This document shows, one piece after another, positions 27,957-36,783 of a stretch of 64,000 nt of DNA. The stretch is taken from the NCBI GenBank assembly GCA_965208105.1, contig OZ242318.1, forward strand, positions 3,040,001 through 3,104,000. The letters are read 5' to 3'. The position numbers were made by a program, and so were the translations under genes. The notes below the pieces were generated by a model, which made no database searches, had not been told where the DNA came from, and saw only the letters and a list, made by a program, of their open reading frames with translations. Source of the DNA: Candidatus Latescibacterota bacterium. GTDB lineage: Bacteria > Latescibacterota > UBA2968 > UBA8231. The first letter of the stretch is position 1; every line of letters begins with the position of its first letter.

Positions 27957-28685
27957 TTGACTCGCGACACCTGTATATTCCTGGCCTTCACTCTGCTTTT
28001 CATCGGCGTCAACATCTATTTCCTGGCTGATGGGACGCTGAGGTTGGATTGGACCGGCTTTGGCATTATTGTGGCGGCAGGCCTTACCCTTGCTCTCTAC
28101 AGCTTTCTCTACAAGGACAACCCGCTGTTCAAATTTGCCGAGCACATTTTCGTGGGCGTAGCCGCGGCCTATGTTTTCGGCCAGTACTGGTATCCGACGA
28201 TTTACGGTGAAATCGTCGCCAAGTTTGCCGCCCTTGGGTCGGAGGAGGCGGAGGCCCAGGGGAGCACCTGGTGGCTGCTCGTGCCATCGGGCCTGGGCAT
28301 TCTGATGTTGACCCGTTTCTCGCGGCGAATCGGCTGGCTCAGCCGCATTTCATTTGCTTTCTATGTCGGTCTGGGCGCCGGCCTTACCATTCCACGATTC
28401 ACTTCTTCCTTTATTCTATCCCAGCTGGAACCCATGCTGGTGCCCCTGAGTTGGGATTTTGAAGGGTTGAATCTCTTCATCATCCTGGTCGGCGTGGTTA
28501 CGGTGCTAATCTACTTTTTCTTTTCGGTGGAACACAGCGGTGCCGTCGGTCACGCTTCCAAGATCGGCATCTGGTTCCTGATGGTATCTTTCGGTGCTTC
28601 GTTCGGATATACCATCATGGCGCGCCTTTCCCTTCTGATCGGCCGCCTGCGCTTTCTCCTCGACGACTGGCTGCACGTCATGTGA
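27957..28685 (+). CDS. hypothetical polytopic membrane protein (~7 TM)
   Basis: AGGAGG SD with TTG start; TLALYSFLYKDNPLFKFAEHIFVG, LIYFFFS, FLMVSFGASFGYTIMARLSLLIGR. Confidence 0.8.
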   Translation: MTRDTCIFLAFTLLFIGVNIYFLADGTLRLDWTGFGIIVAAGLTLALYSFLYKDNPLFKFAEHIFVGVAAAYVFGQYWYPTIYGEIVAKFAALGSEEAEAQGSTWWLLVPSGLGILMLTRFSRRIGWLSRISFAFYVGLGAGLTIPRFTSSFILSQLEPMLVPLSWDFEGLNLFIILVGVVTVLIYFFFSVEHSGAVGHASKIGIWFLMVSFGASFGYTIMARLSLLIGRLRFLLDDWLHVM

Positions 28686-28838
28686 CCGGTCAGCGCAACC
28701 GGCTCGTACCTGGGCTCGTAAGTATGCGCGTGAACGGGGTCGCCGAGGCGCCCGGACCGCAAGGGGCATGAGCGGGGGCAACGCCGCAGGCTCCGATGCA
28801 GCGGCTGAACAATTAAGGCGGAATTGCGCAGGCAGGCC

Positions 28839-29612
28839 CTAGGTTGAGGGGTCGGTCTCTCGCGGCAGGAAGATCTCGTAGCGCTCCGGGTCATCATAGC
28901 CTTCGATTTCGCAGGGGGCCACGCCCGGACTGGCGATGGCCGTGCGCACGACGTGTTTGTTGAAGGAACTGACATTTTCATCATTCAGATAATCGGCCAG
29001 CGGCATCCAGCGGCAGGCGGCGATCTCCTCCTCCTGGATGGCGATTTCCGCGCTCAGGGGATGCAGCCTGCAAACGAAGTAGATGTCCGACTTTCCGTAG
29101 CGGTAACCGTGCCAGTGCCGGAAACACACCAGGGCGTCGAACTCGGCTTCAACCCCGGTTTCCTCGCGCACCTCGCGAACGACCGCCTGCGCCAGATGCT
29201 CTCCTTCGTGCAGCGCGCCGCCCGGAAGCTTGTAGCGCGGCGGCTGGTTGTTCATCCGATGGTATTTCTCGGATACCACCAGCAATTCCTCCTTGTCATT
29301 GAGGACTACACCGCCGGCACCAATGTAGTGTGAAGCATATGCAGGAATGAATGCGCCATCCTCCAGGCGCAGAGTGAGCATGAGGTAGTCCTCGCGGCTG
29401 TGGTGAAATGAAAAACCCGCCTCCACCGCCACGGGGATCAGTTGCGATCTTACAATGGGGACCTCCAGCCACACCACCCGGAGCCCTTCTTCCCTCCAGG
29501 CTTCCAGGGAAGAGCGGAGCCTCTCGGTGAATGTAATCGGGTCCGCGTCCAGTGCGGCCGGATTAGTGAGCACGCCGCCGAAGGGATTGAGGGTCGAATC
29601 TATGGGCTGCAT
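28839..29612 (-). CDS. Nudix hydrolase with N-terminal pre-Nudix domain (NUDT6-like)
   Basis: PGGALHEGEHLAQAVVREVREETG Nudix box; LRSSLEAW..VWL..GFSFHH; YGKSDIYFVCRL. Confidence 0.9.
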   Translation of the reverse strand: MQPIDSTLNPFGGVLTNPAALDADPITFTERLRSSLEAWREEGLRVVWLEVPIVRSQLIPVAVEAGFSFHHSREDYLMLTLRLEDGAFIPAYASHYIGAGGVVLNDKEELLVVSEKYHRMNNQPPRYKLPGGALHEGEHLAQAVVREVREETGVEAEFDALVCFRHWHGYRYGKSDIYFVCRLHPLSAEIAIQEEEIAACRWMPLADYLNDENVSSFNKHVVRTAIASPGVAPCEIEGYDDPERYEIFLPRETDPST

Positions 29613-29698
29613 GCGCCCTCCTTTGGTCCAAAGGTGAAGGTCCGCAAAAATTGGGTCAGAGATAGCAATCTATCGGAAAGGTGTCAAGGAAAGCTGAA

Positions 29699-31549
29699 AT
29701 GGAGCGAGTCCTTTCCAGAAAGCTCATCGGGAAGAAGACCCGGAGGGAGCTCCGGGCATACCTTGGAGACCACCTGCCGCAGCTGCAACAACCGGCGGAC
29801 AGAAGGGCATGGGTCCGGCGCAGCGCGCATATTCGGCACCGGATCCTAGAATCCTTCTTCCGTGGCCATCCGGCCGACCTGCTTGCCGGAAAGCCCGGGG
29901 TGGAGTGGGCGGGAGTCCTGCAGACCTGCCGCGATTACCGCATCCGCAAACTGCGCTACGAGGGCTATCCCGGCATGTGGATCCCCGCCTTGCTCTACGA
30001 GCCTGCTGGCAGAAATGACAGGATGCCCGCCGTCCTCAACCCCAATGGGCACCACGCCGGGGGCAAGGCCATGGATTACAAGCAGGCCCGCTGCATAAAC
30101 CTGGCCAAGCGTGGCATGCTGGCCCTGAGCACCGAGTTTATCGGCATGGGCGAACTTCGCGCCTCCATGGACCATAACCGCATTGCGCATCTCGACTTGT
30201 GTGGCGTGGCAGGCGTCGGTGTCTTCTACGTGGCCATGAAGCGGGGGCTCGACGTATTGCTGGCCCATCCGCAGGCCGACCGCGAGCGCGTCGCCATGAC
30301 CGGACTTTCGGGCGGCGGCTGGCAAACCATTGTTCTGGCCGCCCTGGACGGTCGCGTCAAGGTGGCGGTGCCGGTCGCCGGCCATTCGCCGGTGTGGCAG
30401 CGCGCCGGCTGCGAGGACGACATTGGCGATATGGAGCAGGTTCCATCCGATCTGTGCCCGATTGCGGATTATGACAGCCTTACTGCCATGCTGGCTCCGC
30501 GCCCGACTCTTTTGATCTACAACCGCAAGGATGACTGTTGCTTCAAGACCCGGAGAACCCGCAAGTCAATATACCAGCCGGCCGAACAGGTCTATTCTTT
30601 GTTTGGAGCCGGCCACAAACTGCAGCTGCATGACAACGTGGATCCCGGCACCCACAACTATGATAGCAAAAACCGCAGTCAACTTTACAAGTTCCTCAAC
30701 CAGCATTTTGGTCTCGACACCCCCGAAGAGGACCTGCCCTGGAAGGACGAAATCCATACCGAGTCCGAGCTGAACGTAGGTTTGCCTCCGGGGAACGCCA
30801 CTCTCATCTCCCTTGCCCAGCAAGCCTTGCGGCGGGTCCGGGACACGCGCAAGAAGGGGCGGGGGAGGCCAGGGAGGCGCAGACAGCTCGCAGGATTGAT
30901 CAAGGTCGAGGAGTTCGACCAGGTGAAGGCGAGGCTGGTCAGCGGTCCCTATCGGCGCGGCGGGTGTACGGTGCGCCAATACATCCTTACCCTTGACCAC
31001 ACCTGGAGTGTGCCTCTAACCGAACTGGTCCCCGCCGAGGTTCGGGGAGTGGAATTGATGGTTTCCGACCGGGGCCGGAACGGGAGTGCAAGGCAGGCGG
31101 GGGAAGCCCTGGCCGCCGGACGCCGCCTGCTGGTGGCCGATATCTTTGGCACCGGCGAAGCCGAAATTGCCGCCTCCTATCACATGCTGTTGGCCTCCGC
31201 CGGCCGGCGGGCGCTTGGACTGCAGGTGGGTCAGTTGCTGGCCTTGCTGCGCTGGGCAAGCAGGCGGTACCGAAGAAACACGGTTAGTTTACGCGCGAAC
31301 AGTCAGGCCGTATCGGTAGCGGCCCTGGTCTCCACTGCCCTGGCCCCCAACCTCGTGGCGGAGCTTATCACCTGTGCCATGATGGATTCGTTTGCCCGCC
31401 TCATCGAATGGCCGCTTCCCTACGCCAATGCTCCCCCGCTTTTCTGCTTCGGGTTGCTGAAAGAGTTCGATGTCGATGACCTGATTGCACTTACGGACCC
31501 GGTGCCCTTGCGCGATTCCCAACGCGGTCCCCTGCGTTCCAGGCGATAA
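29699..31549 (+). CDS. alpha/beta hydrolase (acetylxylan esterase-like) with degenerate second hydrolase domain
   Basis: PAVLNPNGH, nucleophile TGLSGGG, APRPTL, DDCCF, HNY. Confidence 0.8.
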   Translation: MERVLSRKLIGKKTRRELRAYLGDHLPQLQQPADRRAWVRRSAHIRHRILESFFRGHPADLLAGKPGVEWAGVLQTCRDYRIRKLRYEGYPGMWIPALLYEPAGRNDRMPAVLNPNGHHAGGKAMDYKQARCINLAKRGMLALSTEFIGMGELRASMDHNRIAHLDLCGVAGVGVFYVAMKRGLDVLLAHPQADRERVAMTGLSGGGWQTIVLAALDGRVKVAVPVAGHSPVWQRAGCEDDIGDMEQVPSDLCPIADYDSLTAMLAPRPTLLIYNRKDDCCFKTRRTRKSIYQPAEQVYSLFGAGHKLQLHDNVDPGTHNYDSKNRSQLYKFLNQHFGLDTPEEDLPWKDEIHTESELNVGLPPGNATLISLAQQALRRVRDTRKKGRGRPGRRRQLAGLIKVEEFDQVKARLVSGPYRRGGCTVRQYILTLDHTWSVPLTELVPAEVRGVELMVSDRGRNGSARQAGEALAAGRRLLVADIFGTGEAEIAASYHMLLASAGRRALGLQVGQLLALLRWASRRYRRNTVSLRANSQAVSVAALVSTALAPNLVAELITCAMMDSFARLIEWPLPYANAPPLFCFGLLKEFDVDDLIALTDPVPLRDSQRGPLRSRR

Positions 31550-31630
31550 TCGGAAAACAGGATGGCCATTGCTCACTCCTGCCCGGCCGCCGATGCGAAC
31601 GCCTGGGTCCCTGGGCACAGGCCACAACCC

Positions 31631-31664
31631 GACGCCCCACACCCTCAGGTGGGTGTGGGGCGTC
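31631..31664. terminator. perfect 14-bp inverted repeat between convergent genes
   Basis: GACGCCCCACACCC-TCAGGT-GGGTGTGGGGCGTC; no U-tract on either strand. Confidence 0.45.
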
Positions 31665-31905
31665 CGCAAAGAGCCCTCTCCCCCTGGATACGCCCACTGG
31701 ATTGTGTGATTGGTGGATGCTTTGAAGGGCTGGGTGGCTTGGCGGCCGGAGCATTTACACCTGTGCATGTCGCCGCGTCCTGCGCCCCTGCTTTCTTCAG
31801 CGCTGATTCATTCCGGGTAATTCCCTGGCCAGTGCAACCGGGGCGGGTTGCCGCCATTGCCGCAGCGCGATGGTCAGCCGGACCTCCCGGAGAAGTCTCC
31901 ACGCC

Positions 31906-32985
31906 TCATGCGTACTTGTCGCGCAACCGTCGAGCTGCCTCTACCTCGAATTTGAGCTTGGTGTAGACCTCGTCCATATCTATCCTCGCGGCTGAGCCCG
32001 GAGCAAAGCCGCAGTCGGGGTTGAGCACTATCCTCTCAGGAGGCAGGATATCAAGCACTTTCTCAACCCGGTTGACAATGGTCTCGGGTGTATCCACCTC
32101 GCCGGGTTGCACCCCCACGCAGCCAAGACCGATCTCGAAGTCTTCGCGCAGGTCCTTGAAGATTTCGGGGCCACCCGCCTCGGGGCTGCTGAACTCCAGG
32201 GTCAAATGGTCGATGGCCAGGCGGTTCACATACGGCAGGATTGGAGCGTAGTCCCCGCTGTGGAAGGCCTCGCCGCGGACCCTGGCCCCGGCGCGCCGAC
32301 AAAGATGCACCGCCACCTTGACTCCGCTGATCCCCGCGACGACCTCGTTGTTCGTCGCCACCGAGAAATCCGCCTCTTCGTCGGGGTCCTCGTACTGGGC
32401 TCTCACCCTGGGGTCCACAAGCAGACACAGGTGGGGGTCGTCGATCTGAACAATATCCACGCCTTCGTCGCGAAGCAATTCCACCTCCCGGCGGAGGAAA
32501 GGCACACAGGCACGCACGAAGTCCCGCCTGGAGGGGTATGCCCTTGCCGACTTTTCAGGGTCCCACATGCGCTCTCCCAACAGCCCCGGGGCGGGAAGAG
32601 TCACCTTGATTTTTGCTCCGGAGACACGCTTCAAATACTGGGCTTCCCGTACGACGAATCCCGGGTTTTTCGGGGCGAGCTCGTCCACCACGACTGTCCA
32701 GGGACGTCCGTCCTCAGGATTGTGGCCGACCTCGAAACCTTCCGCCAGTTCAGCAATCACCCCCATGTAGGAGCTGCGGCGCCACTCCCCATCGGTAATC
32801 ACGTCCAGTCCGGCAGCCTCCTGAAGGGCGGCCACGTAGGGAATGGCCATTTCCAGGATCCGTTCGCGCTCCTCGGGAGGCTGGGAAGGATCGGCCATGG
32901 CCGCCGAGCGCACAAAGTCAGAGCGCGGCATCGAGCCAACGACACTGGCTGGAAAAAGCACTCCATAATCGTCTAGCGTGGACAT
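31906..32985 (-). CDS. cobalamin-independent methionine synthase II (single-barrel MetE-like) family protein
   Basis: VGSMPR, GLDVITDGEWRR, VQIDDP, Zn ligands VHLCR, LEF, NPDCGF. Confidence 0.88.
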   Translation of the reverse strand: MSTLDDYGVLFPASVVGSMPRSDFVRSAAMADPSQPPEERERILEMAIPYVAALQEAAGLDVITDGEWRRSSYMGVIAELAEGFEVGHNPEDGRPWTVVVDELAPKNPGFVVREAQYLKRVSGAKIKVTLPAPGLLGERMWDPEKSARAYPSRRDFVRACVPFLRREVELLRDEGVDIVQIDDPHLCLLVDPRVRAQYEDPDEEADFSVATNNEVVAGISGVKVAVHLCRRAGARVRGEAFHSGDYAPILPYVNRLAIDHLTLEFSSPEAGGPEIFKDLREDFEIGLGCVGVQPGEVDTPETIVNRVEKVLDILPPERIVLNPDCGFAPGSAARIDMDEVYTKLKFEVEAARRLRDKYA

Positions 32986-33764
32986 GGAGCACTTCTTTCA
33001 GTGACGCCGGTCTCGGGGGGCCAATGGGCATTGGCGAGTTCAAAGTCTTCCTCGGTATCGATTTCCATGTACTCTCCCGCGGTGGTGACCATGTGAATGT
33101 CCAGGTTCTGCTCCAGCATATGCTGAAGCAGGTGAATCAGATAGGCTTTCTCGAATACAGTTCCGCCTTTCCAGACCTGTCCGGCAAACTCCTGCCGGAG
33201 CCGGCTGTAGTGCTCCTGCAGTTGGCTGGCAGCCGCGGCGCTGAACTTTGCTACTCCGATGAATTCGCCGCTGGCTTCTTCCGGGGGAATGCCGCGGTCT
33301 ATCCTGACGATTCGATCACCCTCGGCGATTACTTTTTCCGCGTCGTCCTCCAAATGACAGGTGCGAGCGGCATAGCGGCTGCGCCAATCGATGTCGACGC
33401 ACAGCACCATTTCGCCTTTGTGCTCGAGGGCCCGCCGCACCACTCCGGAGCGAAACAGAATGTCTGCGTAAGAGCACACGAAGCCTTCGTCCATGTGATT
33501 GCCGGCATAAAACAGGGATGCGAGGATATTGTTGTTGGGCCAGTCGGTATTGTGGCAAAAGGACAGCTGGGGGTAGTCGGCCCGAAGCCGGTCGATTTGA
33601 TAGCCGCCGATGAAAACCGGGTGCCTCAACCCTGCCTCGTCAAGGGCACTCAGCAGCCAGTCGAGGATGCGGCGGCCTCCGACGGGCGCATAGCACTTTG
33701 GCTGGTTGGAGGTGAGGGCATTCAGTCTGCTGCCTCGGCCAGCTCCGATGATGATTGGTCGCAC
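32973..33764 (-). CDS. phosphocholine cytidylyltransferase-like nucleotidyltransferase
   Basis: GTG after GGAGGA; IIIGAGRGSRL..PKC, NNILASL, SYADI, GEFIGVAKFS, EIDTEED. Confidence 0.85.
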   Translation of the reverse strand: MRPIIIGAGRGSRLNALTSNQPKCYAPVGGRRILDWLLSALDEAGLRHPVFIGGYQIDRLRADYPQLSFCHNTDWPNNNILASLFYAGNHMDEGFVCSYADILFRSGVVRRALEHKGEMVLCVDIDWRSRYAARTCHLEDDAEKVIAEGDRIVRIDRGIPPEEASGEFIGVAKFSAAAASQLQEHYSRLRQEFAGQVWKGGTVFEKAYLIHLLQHMLEQNLDIHMVTTAGEYMEIDTEEDFELANAHWPPETGVTERSAPCPR

Positions 33765-33891
33765 AAGTCCTCCTGGTGGAATTGAAGTCAATTATAGAAT
33801 GGCTTGGTGCGGAGCGCAATCCGCTTGTCGCATTTCTCGAGAACGAGCCCCACCATTCGCTAGCGCCGGAGACCCGTCCAACCAGGCATAA

Positions 33892-33955
33892 TGATATCAA
33901 AAAAAGACTGCAAATAAGGCGATAACTTGACTTTGATGTCATTTTACGATATCAT
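33892..33955 (+). promoter_or_regulatory. hicAB promoter with three TGATATCA-type operator boxes
   Basis: TTGACT (33927-33932)-N17-TATCAT (33950-33955); boxes TGATATCA 33892-33899, TGATGTCA 33934-33941, CGATATCA 33947-33954. Confidence 0.7.
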
Positions 33956-33961
33956 AGGTAT

Positions 33962-34219
33962 ATGAAAAAACGCTATAGAAAGATGGTCCGGGAGATTTTT
34001 GCCGAACCGCGCCTGGCTATCTTCAGGTGGGGTGGTGTCGAAAAGTTGCTCAGGAAAGGTCTGGGGGCGACCTTGAGCGAGCGGGCAGACGGGAGGTTTG
34101 TGGTTTTGCTGAACGACCGGATAGCCGTGTTTTGCCGGGAGGAAGGTGGTGGCCGGTTGGACGAGGGTTCGGTAAGGGACCTGAGGAGATTTTTACAGAA
34201 TTCGGGAGTCGGGCCTTGA
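33962..34219 (+). CDS. hicA: HicA-like toxin, apparently degenerate
   Basis: IFAEP..RW..VEKLL..LGATLSER..SVRDLRRFL..GVGP matches the HicA pattern; upstream of hicB with TTGA overlap; contains no histidine. Confidence 0.75.
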   Translation: MKKRYRKMVREIFAEPRLAIFRWGGVEKLLRKGLGATLSERADGRFVVLLNDRIAVFCREEGGGRLDEGSVRDLRRFLQNSGVGP

Positions 34220-34542
34220 TCGAGTACAGAGGATATAAAGGAGTCCTGGAATACGACTCCGAGATGGACGCATTCCACGGAACGGTGGTCAATACCAACG
34301 ACGTGGTGAACTTCTACGGAGAATCGGCGGCGGAGCTCAGGGAGGAAATGAAGAAGTCCATCGAGGAGTATCTCGCATTTTGCCGCGAACGGGGAAGAGA
34401 TCCGGAGAAGCCGTTCTCGGGAAAATTGATGATCCGCGCGAGCCCTGAACTTCACCGCCGGGTGGCCCTCGAAGCGGCTCGCCAACGCAAAAGCATGAAT
34501 ACCTGGGTGCAGGAGATATTGGAGAAGGCGCTCCCGGGATGA
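34216..34542 (+). CDS. hicB: HicB antitoxin with C-terminal ribbon-helix-helix domain
   Basis: EYRGYKG..FHGTV..DVVNFYG..SIEEYL..PEKPFSGKLMIRASPELHRR..SMN; TTG start. Confidence 0.92.
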   Translation: MIEYRGYKGVLEYDSEMDAFHGTVVNTNDVVNFYGESAAELREEMKKSIEEYLAFCRERGRDPEKPFSGKLMIRASPELHRRVALEAARQRKSMNTWVQEILEKALPG

Positions 34543-34674
34543 ACCGCCGGGTCGTATCTCCATTCCTGTACCTTCGGCCCCGAGGCCGACCTGGTGCTGT
34601 TCCCCCGACCCTGGTTGACAGCGGCAGCGGCAGACCCTATCTCTCCTTATTCTCTCGAGCCGAAGGGGCAATGG

Positions 34675-35943
34675 ATGTCTGAGCGTTTGCGTTTGGCGAT
34701 CGTCGGCTGCGGAGGAATGGGCAACCGCCACCTTTTGGGCCTGGCTGAATTGCAGCAGATCGGCCTGTCCCCTTTTGAGCTGGCCGGGGTCTGCGACCCC
34801 GACCAGGAAAACGCTCGTTCCCTGGCGGCTCGCGCCGAGAAGTTGTTGGGTGCCAGGCCCGCTGTCGCCGGAAACCTGGACGAGTTGTCAAAGACTGGAG
34901 CTATCGACGCCGTTGACAGCTGCACCTTGCCGGCGTACCACCACACCGTGGCGGTGCAGGCACTGCAGCGCGGATGGCACGTTCTCAGTGAGAAGCCCCT
35001 GGGATTGACCGTCCGCGCCTGCAGGCAGGTATGCGACGCAGCCCGGGACAGCTCCCTGACTCTGTCCGTTGCCGAGAACTTCCGCCGCGATCCCATGAAC
35101 CGCCTGGCGAAGGCGGTTCTCGACCAGGGCATCATCGGCCAACCCCGCCTCATGATCCACCACGCCCTGGGGGGCGGCGATCGCATGTTCATCAGCACCT
35201 GGCGCCACCAGAAAAATTCCAGCGGCCTTCTCCTCGATGCCGGCGTCCACTATGCCGACATCATGGAGTACTTTCTGGGACAGGCGGTCACCGCCTTCGC
35301 CCAGGTCAGGCTCCACGAAAAGATCCGCAAAAAAGCGGAGAACACCGACGTCGAGAGCAGTGGCTTCATCGGTGAGATCTACGGACAGTGGCAGCAGGAT
35401 ATGCCGGACGAGTTCGAAGCCACCGCGGAAGATGCAGCTTATGCCACCATACTCTTTTCAAGCGGCGCGGTGGCCCAATTCATTGAAGACCACGCGGTGC
35501 GCGGCGAAAGCGGGTGGAAGCGCGCTCTTTACGGCAGCCTGGGCTCTATGGACCTGCCAGGCGACCGCAGCGGGAGGCGCTTGCGGCTCTTTCTGGAAGG
35601 AAGGGACCCCATCGACGGCCACGGGCTCCTGGAGCTGGTCCCCGACTTTCATCTGGATTCGGCCACGGCCGCTCTCTTTGGCGGAGACCGCATTTGCGAG
35701 TACCAATTCGACTTCGGAGCGATTGACCGCAAGCTTATCGCGGTGGAGTACAGCGACTTTGGTGCGGCCATCCTGGAGAAGCAGCCGCCCGAGGTGGACG
35801 CCGATCAGGGTTTCCGGTCCGTGGCTTTGATTTATGCCGTTCTGGAGTCACAGGTTGCCCGGCGGGCGGTGGAGGTCGCCGAAGTCCTGGAAGACCGAAT
35901 GAACGCCTACCAGGAAGAAATCAACGCCAGCATTGGTCTCTGA
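34675..35943 (+). CDS. Gfo/Idh/MocA family oxidoreductase
   Basis: AIVGCGGMG, SEKPLG, VAENFRRDP, LLDAGVHYAD. Confidence 0.9.
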   Translation: MSERLRLAIVGCGGMGNRHLLGLAELQQIGLSPFELAGVCDPDQENARSLAARAEKLLGARPAVAGNLDELSKTGAIDAVDSCTLPAYHHTVAVQALQRGWHVLSEKPLGLTVRACRQVCDAARDSSLTLSVAENFRRDPMNRLAKAVLDQGIIGQPRLMIHHALGGGDRMFISTWRHQKNSSGLLLDAGVHYADIMEYFLGQAVTAFAQVRLHEKIRKKAENTDVESSGFIGEIYGQWQQDMPDEFEATAEDAAYATILFSSGAVAQFIEDHAVRGESGWKRALYGSLGSMDLPGDRSGRRLRLFLEGRDPIDGHGLLELVPDFHLDSATAALFGGDRICEYQFDFGAIDRKLIAVEYSDFGAAILEKQPPEVDADQGFRSVALIYAVLESQVARRAVEVAEVLEDRMNAYQEEINASIGL

Positions 35944-35972
35944 ATCCTTCCAATTTCGACCCGGAGCCGTCC

Positions 35973-36779
35973 ATGCCTGCCATCCTTTGCCCCCGCTGCC
36001 ATAAACTGGTCAGTAGCGATGCCGCGGCATGTCCCCACTGCGGCCAACCCAGGCCCGGCCTGTGGGGGCTCACCTCCAAAGTGCGCAAACTGGGTCTGCG
36101 GCTCGATTTCCCCCGTTTGATCGTCCTCGTTTGCGGAGCGATCTACGTTCTTTCTCTTCTTGCCGACCCGGGGGCCATCTTTCAGTTCCGGGGATTGGCC
36201 GGCTTCCTTGCACCGAGCGCGGAGGCCAGCTTCAGATTCGGAATGACGGGAAGGATCCCCGTAGTTGGCTATGGCCACTGGTGGACCATGGTTACGGCGA
36301 TTTACCTGCACGGGGGCATCCTGCACATCTTCTTCAACATGATGTGGGTGCGGCAACTTGGACCGCTGGTGGAGGAGCTCTTCGGACCCTTCCGCCTCTT
36401 CGTTATCTTCACGGTATCCGGTGTGGTGGGATTTATTTTTTCGGTTCTCTCGGGCAGCGGCTTTACCCTCGGGGCCTCGGGTTCCATTTTCGGCCTGCTG
36501 GCGGCTGCCATCGTCTACGGCCGCCGGGTCGGGAGTTCCCTCTTCACGCGGCAGTTCCTGCAATGGGCCGTTATTCTCTTCATCTTCGGCCTGGTCTTCC
36601 CCGGAGTCGACAATTGGGCCCACCTGGGCGGCTTTGCAGGCGGCTACGCAGTGGCCTTCGTCCTCAGCCGCAGGGCAGGCCGCGAAGGCCTGGGGTCCTA
36701 CCTCGGCGCCGGGATTTGCCTGCTGCTCACCCTTTCCGCCTTCGCGCTGCAGCTATTCGCCATGCTTGGACTCTTCTAG
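35973..36779 (+). CDS. rhomboid intramembrane serine protease with N-terminal zinc ribbon
   Basis: CPRC..CPHCG; YLHGGILHIFFNM; catalytic GASG and AHLGG. Confidence 0.92.
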   Translation: MPAILCPRCHKLVSSDAAACPHCGQPRPGLWGLTSKVRKLGLRLDFPRLIVLVCGAIYVLSLLADPGAIFQFRGLAGFLAPSAEASFRFGMTGRIPVVGYGHWWTMVTAIYLHGGILHIFFNMMWVRQLGPLVEELFGPFRLFVIFTVSGVVGFIFSVLSGSGFTLGASGSIFGLLAAAIVYGRRVGSSLFTRQFLQWAVILFIFGLVFPGVDNWAHLGGFAGGYAVAFVLSRRAGREGLGSYLGAGICLLLTLSAFALQLFAMLGLF

Positions 36780-36783
36780 GGAA

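Noticed and set aside
31562-31966. ORFs of 134 aa (+) and 85 aa (-) in the intergenic gap
   Set aside because: Pro/Ala-rich, no motifs, cross a perfect hairpin; not supportable as CDS
33962-34542. hicAB as marker of a mobile element
   Set aside because: No integrase, transposase, att repeats or cargo seen around it
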